This document shows positions 45,133-53,022 of a DNA stretch of 64,000 bases, one piece after another. The notes beneath the pieces are model-generated. The model made no database searches, was not told the origin of the DNA, and was given only the letters and a program-made list of their open reading frames with translations. Within the stretch, counting starts at the first letter, position 1. Each line of letters begins with the position of its first letter. The translations under genes were made by a program, and so were the position numbers. The DNA comes from a virus, in the IMG/VR virus record IMGVR_UViG_3300042868_010125, positions 37,597 to 101,596 of that record. One strand, given 5' to 3'.

Positions 45133-45809
45133 TTATTAATCGCCTCTTTTAATTTTGTAATATCACTTTGAAAATTTGTCATTTTATATCTAGCCAAAGC
45201 GTTTCTATCTCGCTCATACATCCAAGGAGAGTTTATTGCATCATATAAATCATCAACAGGTGCTTTACGAACAGCGTAGTGGTGATGCTCTAAAATAACT
45301 TCAGGGCAATACCTTAATGTTCCCATAAAATCACCTAATAGTTTCCAAAAATTATCTATATATAAGTGTAGTAACTCGGGAGGGGCTAAATATCCAAGAG
45401 TTTTTACAATATTTGAATCAAAACAAGTTCCATTGCTAGGCAAACGAGCACTCTGAGCCAAATCATCTGGGTACGAAATACCCATAGGCACATCTTTTAT
45501 TGCATTAATAAGGTTTTCATCCCACTTAGGTGTCATCACAGTTGTGTCATCGGCTGCCCAGAGAATGTAGTCATAATCATTCATATATTTATTTGCCATA
45601 CGATTTAGTTTTTCGTTTACACCTAATTGCTCTGGTTTAGGTCCTATCTCGTACTGAACACCACTCATTCTTGGGTATAAAGCATGATCGTCTTCATCTA
45701 AACAAGCAATTATGTCCGAGACCGTTGAGTGCTGTCTTAAAGACTCCACTGCTCTAACAAACCTTTTAGGGCGAGTTCTAGATGGAACTAGTATCACCGA
45801 GCGAGTCAT
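45129..45809 (-). CDS. GT2-like glycosyltransferase
   Basis: ILVPSRTRP, LDEDD, AADD..T..WD, HLYIDN.W, LEHHH. Confidence 0.75.
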   Translation of the reverse strand: MTRSVILVPSRTRPKRFVRAVESLRQHSTVSDIIACLDEDDHALYPRMSGVQYEIGPKPEQLGVNEKLNRMANKYMNDYDYILWAADDTTVMTPKWDENLINAIKDVPMGISYPDDLAQSARLPSNGTCFDSNIVKTLGYLAPPELLHLYIDNFWKLLGDFMGTLRYCPEVILEHHHYAVRKAPVDDLYDAINSPWMYERDRNALARYKMTNFQSDITKLKEAINK

Positions 45810-45833
45810 GTATAAATTTTAACACGGAATACA

Positions 45834-45867
45834 TAAAAATAGGGACTACTCTCTATAAGTAGTCCCT
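45834..45867 (-). terminator. Intrinsic terminator for 45882-47024
   Basis: Perfect 10-bp stem AGGGACTACT/AGTAGTCCCT, followed by ATTTTT on the minus strand. Confidence 0.75.
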
Positions 45868-45881
45868 ATCTTTAGAGTAAA

Positions 45882-47024
45882 TTACTTAGATATGCCCTCA
45901 CCCTTAATGACTGTTTCTTGTCCTGTAGCAAGATCACGGACTACAAGCGAAACGGTGTAATCACGACCTTCTCCAAGAGATCCAACATTTAGAGTCTGAG
46001 CAGAGCCATCTGTTCCAATTGCAGTAGTTGAGCCAGATTTATTATCACGAACAATAAGAGTTGCCCAAGATTTACTTGCATCAAAGTTTGGAACTGCAGG
46101 CATTGCAATAGCCACAGATAAAGCACCTGAAGAATCTACAACTCGAGAAGAGATAGATGGAGCAGTAATGGTTGCTCTATCTGTGGTGTCACTTCTGGCT
46201 GGAGTTGGTGCTGGAGCAGTTGAAGCAACAGTTGCAACTACAGGGTTTGATATTACAGTTTCAGTATTTGTCAAAGTATCTCGGATTACAGTTTTTACTG
46301 TGACATTTTGGTCTTGAGGCAGGTCATTAATAGTTACGGTGTTTTGCCCCTGCATTAGACCAACAGAGGTAGTTGAGCGACCATCTGTAACTGTGTAAAC
46401 AGAAACAACTGATGTAGATGGCAAGTCTTGGATACCAGCAACATCAACAGTCATTGAGACCGAGTTGTCCGCATTAAGTACCTGAGTTGTAACTACAGGT
46501 GAGTTTGCTTGCGCTACAGCAGGACCAGTTGGCTCCGTAGGCAGTGTTACAGGAGATAGTTGGGTAATTCCATATGTAGGGGTAACCTTTACATCAGGTG
46601 CAACATAAACAGAAACAATCGACCCCTGAGTAATTGGCTTAAGTCTGGTCACACCATTTGAATCAACATACTTAACGCCAGCACTAGCAGGAAGTTTTAC
46701 AATAATTCCGTATGAGTCGATAACTCTATTTGGTGAGTAGCCATCCCATGTCACAATGCGGTCAACAACGCCATCGACAATAACTGCATACTTTGCCTTA
46801 GGAGTTGGACCATCTGTAAGACCAGACATCTGCGGTGTTGATGTGATTGCATCTAAAGTAATTGCAAAGTAACCATCTGCTCTTGTCTGAAGCAAATCTT
46901 CTGAGTTCATTCGAGATACTGTGCTTTGCGCATCTGTATCTGCTACCCAGCCAGCAAATGCTGGACTACCAATAAGTGTTAGCGCTACCGCTAAACCTAA
47001 TATACGTACTTTATTCTTTAACAC
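45882..47024 (-). CDS. Secreted protein with two FN3-like C-terminal repeats
   Basis: Signal peptide ending AFA; repeats TVTINDL..VTV..VIRD..T..ETVI and TLNVGSL..YTV..VVRD..T..ETVI. Confidence 0.7.
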   Translation of the reverse strand: MLKNKVRILGLAVALTLIGSPAFAGWVADTDAQSTVSRMNSEDLLQTRADGYFAITLDAITSTPQMSGLTDGPTPKAKYAVIVDGVVDRIVTWDGYSPNRVIDSYGIIVKLPASAGVKYVDSNGVTRLKPITQGSIVSVYVAPDVKVTPTYGITQLSPVTLPTEPTGPAVAQANSPVVTTQVLNADNSVSMTVDVAGIQDLPSTSVVSVYTVTDGRSTTSVGLMQGQNTVTINDLPQDQNVTVKTVIRDTLTNTETVISNPVVATVASTAPAPTPARSDTTDRATITAPSISSRVVDSSGALSVAIAMPAVPNFDASKSWATLIVRDNKSGSTTAIGTDGSAQTLNVGSLGEGRDYTVSLVVRDLATGQETVIKGEGISK

Positions 47025-47092
47025 ACTATCTCCTAGTCATTTTGTCTCTTGAGAGGCAATACTAGTAGGTGTGTCAAAAAATAGCAAGTGGG

Positions 47093-47617
47093 CTATGAAA
47101 CTGCTTTTTTACGCTTGTTTTTCTTCTTTAGTTTCTCTTTTTTCTTCTCTAATTTGGCTGCTTTATCGATTTTTTCAGCCTTGTACGCCTCTACCGCGTT
47201 GGCGCTAGTTCTACTTCTCCAAGCAAAGCCACACTCGGTACAGGTAACAATTTTTGCTGTAGTCCATCTTCCAGTTGTTGATAGTTTTTCTACAGATGTT
47301 TCTAGTTTGCTAGGTCTTGCAGTACAAAATGGACAATTAGGGTATCTACGACGTCGAGTCTCTTCCCCAAGATATGAGACGGAAAGAGTTCTGCGAATTT
47401 CAATTTCATCTTTGCCTCCCCATATTCCCCAGATTTGTCTGTGTTCTAAAGCCCACTGTAAACAATCTTTTCTTACAGGACAAGAAAAACATAAATTTTT
47501 AGCGTCATATTTTTCAGAGAAATCTTTAGAGAAGAACCAATCTAAATATTTTTTATTGGCTGGTTTAGCGCATAAAGACTCGCTTTGCCATTTAAGGCTT
47601 TCTGCTGGTTTCCACAT
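47093..47617 (-). CDS. whiB: WhiB-family regulator with C-terminal Zn ribbon and basic tail
   Basis: C..(AKNL)CFSCPVRKDC..WGIWGG..R, then CPFC...CTEC. Confidence 0.88.
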   Translation of the reverse strand: MWKPAESLKWQSESLCAKPANKKYLDWFFSKDFSEKYDAKNLCFSCPVRKDCLQWALEHRQIWGIWGGKDEIEIRRTLSVSYLGEETRRRRYPNCPFCTARPSKLETSVEKLSTTGRWTTAKIVTCTECGFAWRSRTSANAVEAYKAEKIDKAAKLEKKKEKLKKKNKRKKAVS

Positions 47618-47672
47618 ATACTCTATTTTAAACTAAAGTACTATAAATCTACTGACTAAAACACTATATTTA

Positions 47673-48011
47673 CTATATTTCTATCCAAGTAGTTAATTCA
47701 ATATTTTCGACTATATCACCATACTCAGTCTCAGAATTTTCGTCGCAGACAACGTACTCAAACTCTTCCTCTAGAATGCCACACCAGCCCCTAGTAATTT
47801 GACAATTTTCAATTAACTTAAAACTATCTCCTAAAGAATCAGCAACTCCATCTCTTTGAATAGCAGATGCTAGTGCTCTAGAAACAAGATCGTTATCCAT
47901 ATCTACGTGATCTAGTGTGTAGTAAACGGTGGCTTCTGAGTTTTTTTTATCATAGCCAGAACCATTCCACTCACACCAAAGCTCTTCCCCAGGTCTTGTG
48001 TCTTTTTTCAT
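47673..48011 (-). CDS. Acidic hypothetical protein
   Basis: Clean ORF in the minus-strand gene run. Confidence 0.65.
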   Translation of the reverse strand: MKKDTRPGEELWCEWNGSGYDKKNSEATVYYTLDHVDMDNDLVSRALASAIQRDGVADSLGDSFKLIENCQITRGWCGILEEEFEYVVCDENSETEYGDIVENIELTTWIEI

Positions 48012-48026
48012 TAGTTTTTCTAGGCT

Positions 48027-48320
48027 CTATTCCTCTTCTGTAGAGTAGAAATTAAACTCAAAGTCTTTGGAAAACTCATCGTTAGTAAAATACACCTCTT
48101 CTTGCTTTTTTAACTCGTATATCCCAGCGATAGTTACCGACCCACACATACAGCAGACATCTACAGAGCCAGTGTTTATTATCTCTGGGATATCTACACC
48201 AACAAGTTTTACAAGGATGTTGCCATCCTCATTCACACTCTGAGGCTCCCATTTGGAGTGCTCTTCCATCCAGCACAGTTCGCAAAGAGCCATAGGGCTA
48301 AGCATTGAACCGTCTTCCAT
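48027..48320 (-). CDS. Hypothetical protein with two Cys pairs (possible Zn finger)
   Basis: CELCW and CCMCG; start at ATG48320 after GAGAGG. Confidence 0.65.
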   Translation of the reverse strand: MEDGSMLSPMALCELCWMEEHSKWEPQSVNEDGNILVKLVGVDIPEIINTGSVDVCCMCGSVTIAGIYELKKQEEVYFTNDEFSKDFEFNFYSTEEE

Positions 48321-48381
48321 ATATAGCCTCTCTCTAGGCATATCTAGTAGGACAATTCTAGTTGTATTTCCCATTCTAGAT

Positions 48382-48654
48382 TTATTTTAAATCTATATTT
48401 ACAGAAATTTTTTGATGCTTCCTTATATTAGTTCTGTCCTTGGGGCTTAGCCCTCCCCAAAAACCAAATAATTCATTTTTAATGGCCCAGTCAGCGCACT
48501 CGGCTTTATGAGTACATCTTTTACATATGGAGTTTGCCATAACATATGTACTCATTGAGTCCACTTTCTTTTCATCTTTATCTTCAGTGTAAAATATCTC
48601 TACACCCACTTCTGCGCATAACGGTTCTTCAAATTCCCATGGTCCACGAGACAC
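48382..48654 (-). CDS. whiB: WhiB-family transcriptional regulator
   Basis: PLCAEV...ICKRCTHKAEC..WA...FGFWGGLSPKDR; SD AAGGAG. Confidence 0.9.
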   Translation of the reverse strand: MSRGPWEFEEPLCAEVGVEIFYTEDKDEKKVDSMSTYVMANSICKRCTHKAECADWAIKNELFGFWGGLSPKDRTNIRKHQKISVNIDLK

Positions 48655-48700
48655 TTGGCTCTCCTTTTAAAGTTTGGTTATATGGTTATTAACTTACTAA

Positions 48701-49030
48701 CTAATTTTTCTTGCTCTCCAAACTTCCTACTTCATAACCACATGCAGCATAACCAGCAATATCAACCCAAGTGTCAGGTTGGAATCCAGACTTAGAAGCG
48801 TACCTAGCCACTTTAAGCCCAACCATCATCATTGCAACATCTTCATTGGTAATATTAATACCTAGAGTTACAGACCAAATTTTTGCTGTTCGTTCAAAAT
48901 TATCTTCAGGGTCTCCGTACTGTTTGTTTCTTTCCCCCGAAATAATTCTGGCAGCCTCTCGCAACGCTTCAACACGTAAGGTAGTAGTTTCACTAGTTGT
49001 CGTTGTTTCTTCTTCATTACCTGATGTCAT
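48701..49030 (-). CDS. DUF6378-like protein
   Basis: EAARIISGER.KQYG.P.DNF..TA..WS..DVAMMM..LKVAR..DTWVDIAGYAA. Confidence 0.8.
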   Translation of the reverse strand: MTSGNEEETTTTSETTTLRVEALREAARIISGERNKQYGDPEDNFERTAKIWSVTLGINITNEDVAMMMVGLKVARYASKSGFQPDTWVDIAGYAACGYEVGSLESKKN

Positions 49031-49235
49031 CTTTTATCCTCGCTATAACTAGAGCATTGTATTTTTTGGGAAGATTTTTATCAGCGGTGCTTTCAACACT
49101 TACTTCATAATTAACGTATTTTAGTGGGTCATCAGAGTTTATTGCAAGGTAAGAAGATATCTCTTCTTTAATGTTGTCAATAATTTCTTGGTGGTTATCC
49201 CCAGGTACGCAAAACTTATATGTAACTGTTTTCAA
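49017..49235 (-). CDS. Small hypothetical protein
   Basis: Fills the operon gap and overlaps the next gene. Confidence 0.55.
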   Translation of the reverse strand: MKTVTYKFCVPGDNHQEIIDNIKEEISSYLAINSDDPLKYVNYEVSVESTADKNLPKKYNALVIARIKDDIR

Positions 49236-49236
49236 G

Positions 49237-49668
49237 TTACAAGCGCTTTTCTAATTGTTCTGCTCTCAAATGGACTCCGTCTAGAAGAGGAGTTTTATTG
49301 TCATCACTTTTAACAATAATATCTCCATAGCGAATGCCTACAACGCGACCTCTTCTTCCATTAAAGTCTTTACCGCTCTTATTATCAAAAGCATCAAACT
49401 TTATTCGAACGTAATCTGCCAAGACAATTGAGCCAGGAGTTACTTGAACCCAAGTTTCGCCCTTTTCTTCTTTTACAAGAGCGTGACCTAATGACAACTT
49501 AGCAAAGATAGCAATAATATCTTTAGAGTAGTCAACTTTTTCTTCTTTATTTTTTTCTTTTACATCTTCCCATGACTTGAGAAGAGTTAAAACAGAGTCA
49601 CCAACAATTCTTCTGGTCTTATTTTTTGTCAGTTGCTCTTTCACCCAAGCGATATCTACATCAGCCAT
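49237..49668 (-). CDS. Hypothetical protein with C-terminal SH3/KOW-like segment
   Basis: DYVRI...NGRRGRVVGIRYGDIIV; SD AAAGGA. Confidence 0.65.
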   Translation of the reverse strand: MADVDIAWVKEQLTKNKTRRIVGDSVLTLLKSWEDVKEKNKEEKVDYSKDIIAIFAKLSLGHALVKEEKGETWVQVTPGSIVLADYVRIKFDAFDNKSGKDFNGRRGRVVGIRYGDIIVKSDDNKTPLLDGVHLRAEQLEKRL

Positions 49669-49698
49669 TTTTTGTTCCTTTCTTAGTTAGTTTGTTTA

Positions 49699-50709
49699 TT
49701 ACTTTTGTAACAGTATGTTTCCGATATTCTCTTTTACACTCTCCCACGAGGGTATATTTTGAATATAAGACTCTTTTTGCTTTTTAGATAGTTCAACTCT
49801 TTCTATAGGGCTCATCTCCTCTATAGAGTTTGGAAGCATCGACCACTCTGGACCCATACTTGTGGTCAGTCTCCAGTCGGTAATTGCTGGTACCCCAACA
49901 TATAGTGCCTGAGACAGAGTGGGGAACCACCAAGGGTTTCCAGACTTATAGACTGAAACTAGTGCACCCATAGAGTTAGTTAATCTAGTGAGTATGTCTT
50001 TATTGCCTTCCCACTTAGTCGCTCTGTAGTTGACCTGAGGATTAGACAGGGATACAGACACTTTACGATACCAATCAGTCTTAGGGTTATCGATACACCA
50101 ATAATTTCCATCGGCATAGTTTTGAATCGGGTTATTAATTTCTAAAAGAGCGGCGTCTGGGGACACTAAAAATAATTTTGTTCTATCTACATTAGGTATG
50201 TATTTAGTAACTACTTCTTCTTTCGACCAAGGATATGATGGAATAATTGTTTTAGGCCAAGCATTTCCATAAAGTTTCTTAGCGCCCTCTATAACATTTT
50301 CATAGTTTTTAGGCTCCTGAGCCAACTTATACTCTCGCTTTTTAGAGTAAAAACTTCCAAAGAAGGATTCAGGTTTTCTGTATATATCTCCTAAACTAAA
50401 GTAAAGTTTGTGGGGGTCAATGGTGTCCATAAATAGGGATAGAGTCCCTAAATCACTAGCGTGATTAATTACAGACAGCGCCCCGTATGCCCTATGAGAT
50501 GCAATACCTGTTGGTTTAGAGATACCTACCAAGACAGAATCATATTGAGATAAATAATCTTTACTCATAGTTACTGAAGGATCTTCCCAAGTAACATCAA
50601 AACCTAATTCAGTTAAAGCAATATTAATAATTCCAGCAAATGAAGGATTCTTTTCGTTTGTATTTTTGGACGCGTGGGAAGCAGTGCATCCTGTAATTAA
50701 TACCTTCAT
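49699..50709 (-). CDS. Putative GT-B-like transferase in the replication block
   Basis: MKVLITG Rossmann-like start, ALTELGFDVTW, YDSVLVG, G.PWW..SQAL..GVP..TDW. Confidence 0.45.
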   Translation of the reverse strand: MKVLITGCTASHASKNTNEKNPSFAGIINIALTELGFDVTWEDPSVTMSKDYLSQYDSVLVGISKPTGIASHRAYGALSVINHASDLGTLSLFMDTIDPHKLYFSLGDIYRKPESFFGSFYSKKREYKLAQEPKNYENVIEGAKKLYGNAWPKTIIPSYPWSKEEVVTKYIPNVDRTKLFLVSPDAALLEINNPIQNYADGNYWCIDNPKTDWYRKVSVSLSNPQVNYRATKWEGNKDILTRLTNSMGALVSVYKSGNPWWFPTLSQALYVGVPAITDWRLTTSMGPEWSMLPNSIEEMSPIERVELSKKQKESYIQNIPSWESVKENIGNILLQK

Positions 50710-50734
50710 AGAAACCTCTTATATCTAAGATGAT

Positions 50735-50781
50735 TACTAGATGTTGTTGTTAATTCCCCTGAACAACAACAACACCTAGTA
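50735..50781 (-). other. Long intergenic hairpin downstream of the SSB gene (terminator or processing site)
   Basis: Minus strand TACTAGGTGTTGTTGTT...AACAACAACATCTAGTA, 17-bp stem with one G-U pair. Confidence 0.6.
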
Positions 50782-50796
50782 AACTCTATCTTTTAT

Positions 50797-51309
50797 TTAG
50801 AACGGGGCAGCAGGAGCGGCAGCAGGTGCTGGCGCTGGAGCAGGTGCTGGTGCAGGTGCTGGTGCTGCTGCAGTTGTAGGTGCTGCAGAAGTTTGTGCGG
50901 CGATTGGGTAGTAGTTCTTGATTTCATTCTTCTTAGAACCATTCCAAGTACGTGTGCCAACCTGAGCACGGAAACGCTTACCATTAATTATTTGCTCGAT
51001 TTGAGCATTGGTTGGCGCTGGTTGCTGTAGGAAGTAATCACGAGGAACACCAAGAGCATGCATCTTTTTGAAAAAGATACCAAGAGCAGCAGGGCTATCT
51101 GGAGAAACAACTAAGTTGTCCCAGACAAGACGCTTGTTATGAGCGCCACCCTCAACCTGCGCTTTTACAGAGAACATTGTTTTGCCACTCTGTGTCATTT
51201 TGTGTGTAGCTTCTACAACTACAACATCATAATCGCCATCTGGAAGCGGATCATAGTTTCCTGATTCGCCTGCTTCTTTGATGAGGTCACCCCAGTTTAG
51301 AGTACTCAT
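50797..51309 (-). CDS. DUF669-like single-stranded DNA-binding protein
   Basis: YDPLPDGDYDV..GK.M..VEGG..R.VWDNL..NEIKNY; Ala/Pro tail ending PF. Confidence 0.8.
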   Translation of the reverse strand: MSTLNWGDLIKEAGESGNYDPLPDGDYDVVVVEATHKMTQSGKTMFSVKAQVEGGAHNKRLVWDNLVVSPDSPAALGIFFKKMHALGVPRDYFLQQPAPTNAQIEQIINGKRFRAQVGTRTWNGSKKNEIKNYYPIAAQTSAAPTTAAAPAPAPAPAPAPAPAAAPAAPF

Positions 51310-51312
51310 TTG

Positions 51313-52092
51313 TTATACCTCTTTCTTTTCTTTAGTGGTTTTTTCTTGAGCAGTTTGCTTAACTCCAAAAATAGTATTAAGCATTACTTCGATTGATAAC
51401 TTATCTTGTTCGACTATAGAACCTAGGCGACCTTGTACTCGCTCGCCAGCCTCATAATCATTTGTTCTTTCCACATACATACGCCTTACTTTGTAGGGAG
51501 GCTGCAGCGGATCTGGGTTTGCCATTTGCTCCACTGTCAACGCACCAAGAATGTCGTAAAAATATGGTGCTTGAATTGCTAGTTGACCTTGTAGATATGG
51601 ACGGTGTCTTCCATCCTGACTTGTTCTTGACATAGCAGTTAGTACAACTGCTTCAAGAGGATTTGTAGCATGCATAGTTAAATCGCGAAGGTCACGAAGA
51701 AGACCGCCCATGTGACGAAGTAGTTCTCCCCATTGCTGCATCTTCATTTGTTCTGTGCCAGCGATACTATCCATACACTTCACTTGTAGTTCAGAGATTG
51801 AATCGATAATCAAACTCTTAAAGTGGTGCTTTCCAAGTTGTAACCACTGATACACCTTAATAACAGTGTCATAGTCACGAACAGTAACTACAACAGTGTC
51901 CCAAGTTCCATCAGCAATTGGTGGTTCCTCGCGAAGAGGATCCCAATACTTAACAACGATAGGTAGGAATCGGTGCCCACCCTCGACGTCAAGCATGAGT
52001 CGTGGGTATGGAGCAGTTACAGCAAAAGTAGATTTACCTACCTTGCTTTCTCCGTACACCATAACCGTAAGAGAGCGTTGAATCTCACTCAT
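51313..52092 (-). CDS. AAA (Sak4-like) ATPase/recombinase
   Basis: YGESKVGKST, DVEGG, IIDSISE; lies between exonuclease and SSB. Confidence 0.85.
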   Translation of the reverse strand: MSEIQRSLTVMVYGESKVGKSTFAVTAPYPRLMLDVEGGHRFLPIVVKYWDPLREEPPIADGTWDTVVVTVRDYDTVIKVYQWLQLGKHHFKSLIIDSISELQVKCMDSIAGTEQMKMQQWGELLRHMGGLLRDLRDLTMHATNPLEAVVLTAMSRTSQDGRHRPYLQGQLAIQAPYFYDILGALTVEQMANPDPLQPPYKVRRMYVERTNDYEAGERVQGRLGSIVEQDKLSIEVMLNTIFGVKQTAQEKTTKEKKEV

Positions 52093-52095
52093 ACG

Positions 52096-53022
52096 TCACT
52101 CGCCTCCTTTTTTCTCTGTTTCATAGTATGCATAAGGATTAGTCTCCTCATACATTTCACTAAGTGCTTGTTCAGCGGCGCTTCCGTCGTCAAACATTGG
52201 GCAGATAGTAAAAAATTGGCATTTCCATTTGCAGTCACGACTTGCTTTTGGATAAGCATTAAATGCGTGGCTTTCACCAGAATCTAAAGCATGTCTTACT
52301 CTCATCAAGTCTGTGATTGTTCCGTGAATTCTATTCCAGAAAGAACGCATAGTAAAGATGTTATGACGAATTTCTATTTGGTCGTAGAAAGGAGGTTTAG
52401 CGGCCGCAGTTCTGCGAACTTTTTTAAGAAGAGTAAATATTCCGCCTTCACTTCTTTCCGATTCATCTCTTTTTGTAGACTCTAAAAGCATGTATGTCAT
52501 AACCTGTTCATTCATATGAGCCATATTTGCAAACTCAGATAAAGAACCTCCTACAGTTTTAAAGTCTCTAAACATTCTTACGCCATCGCCTTTACGACGA
52601 ACACGCATATCAAGTTTTCCTTGAAGTTCTACTTCACCATTAAACAAGGGTGCAATAATTGTTTCTTCGGTAGATATCATCTCTAACTCGGCGTCAATAC
52701 CGTTTTCTTCTACCCATTGCTCGTACCCCTCAAGCATAATGCGACCTAACTCACCTTCTGTTTCAAGGTTAGATACATCTCTAAAATCTTGGAGTAAAAG
52801 TTGTTTGTCTTGTTCAATTAATTCTGCGTGTGCAGTAAGCAAAGGAACGCCTTGCGTATAGTGAGCATCTAAAGCGGCGTGAATTCTACTTCCCATAGCC
52901 AATGGACCAGTCATGTCTTGGTGTTTAGGTTTTAATCCACGGTAATAAGTTAGCCACCATCTACGGCGACAATCTTTAAATGTCTGTATTTCTGAGTTAG
53001 ATAATCTAACAACTCCACTCAT
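52096..53022 (-). CDS. PD-(D/E)XK Cas4-like exonuclease
   Basis: S.SEI..FKDCRRRW, GKLD, DFKT, Q...Y, C.W.C.F..IC. Confidence 0.85.
   Translation of the reverse strand: MSGVVRLSNSEIQTFKDCRRRWWLTYYRGLKPKHQDMTGPLAMGSRIHAALDAHYTQGVPLLTAHAELIEQDKQLLLQDFRDVSNLETEGELGRIMLEGYEQWVEENGIDAELEMISTEETIIAPLFNGEVELQGKLDMRVRRKGDGVRMFRDFKTVGGSLSEFANMAHMNEQVMTYMLLESTKRDESERSEGGIFTLLKKVRRTAAAKPPFYDQIEIRHNIFTMRSFWNRIHGTITDLMRVRHALDSGESHAFNAYPKASRDCKWKCQFFTICPMFDDGSAAEQALSEMYEETNPYAYYETEKKGGE

Noticed and set aside
47088-47636. 182-aa plus-strand ORF
   Set aside because: Antisense to the WhiB fusion gene.
52096-53022. Cas4-like gene as evidence of CRISPR-Cas
   Set aside because: It sits in a standard phage exonuclease-ATPase-SSB recombination module.
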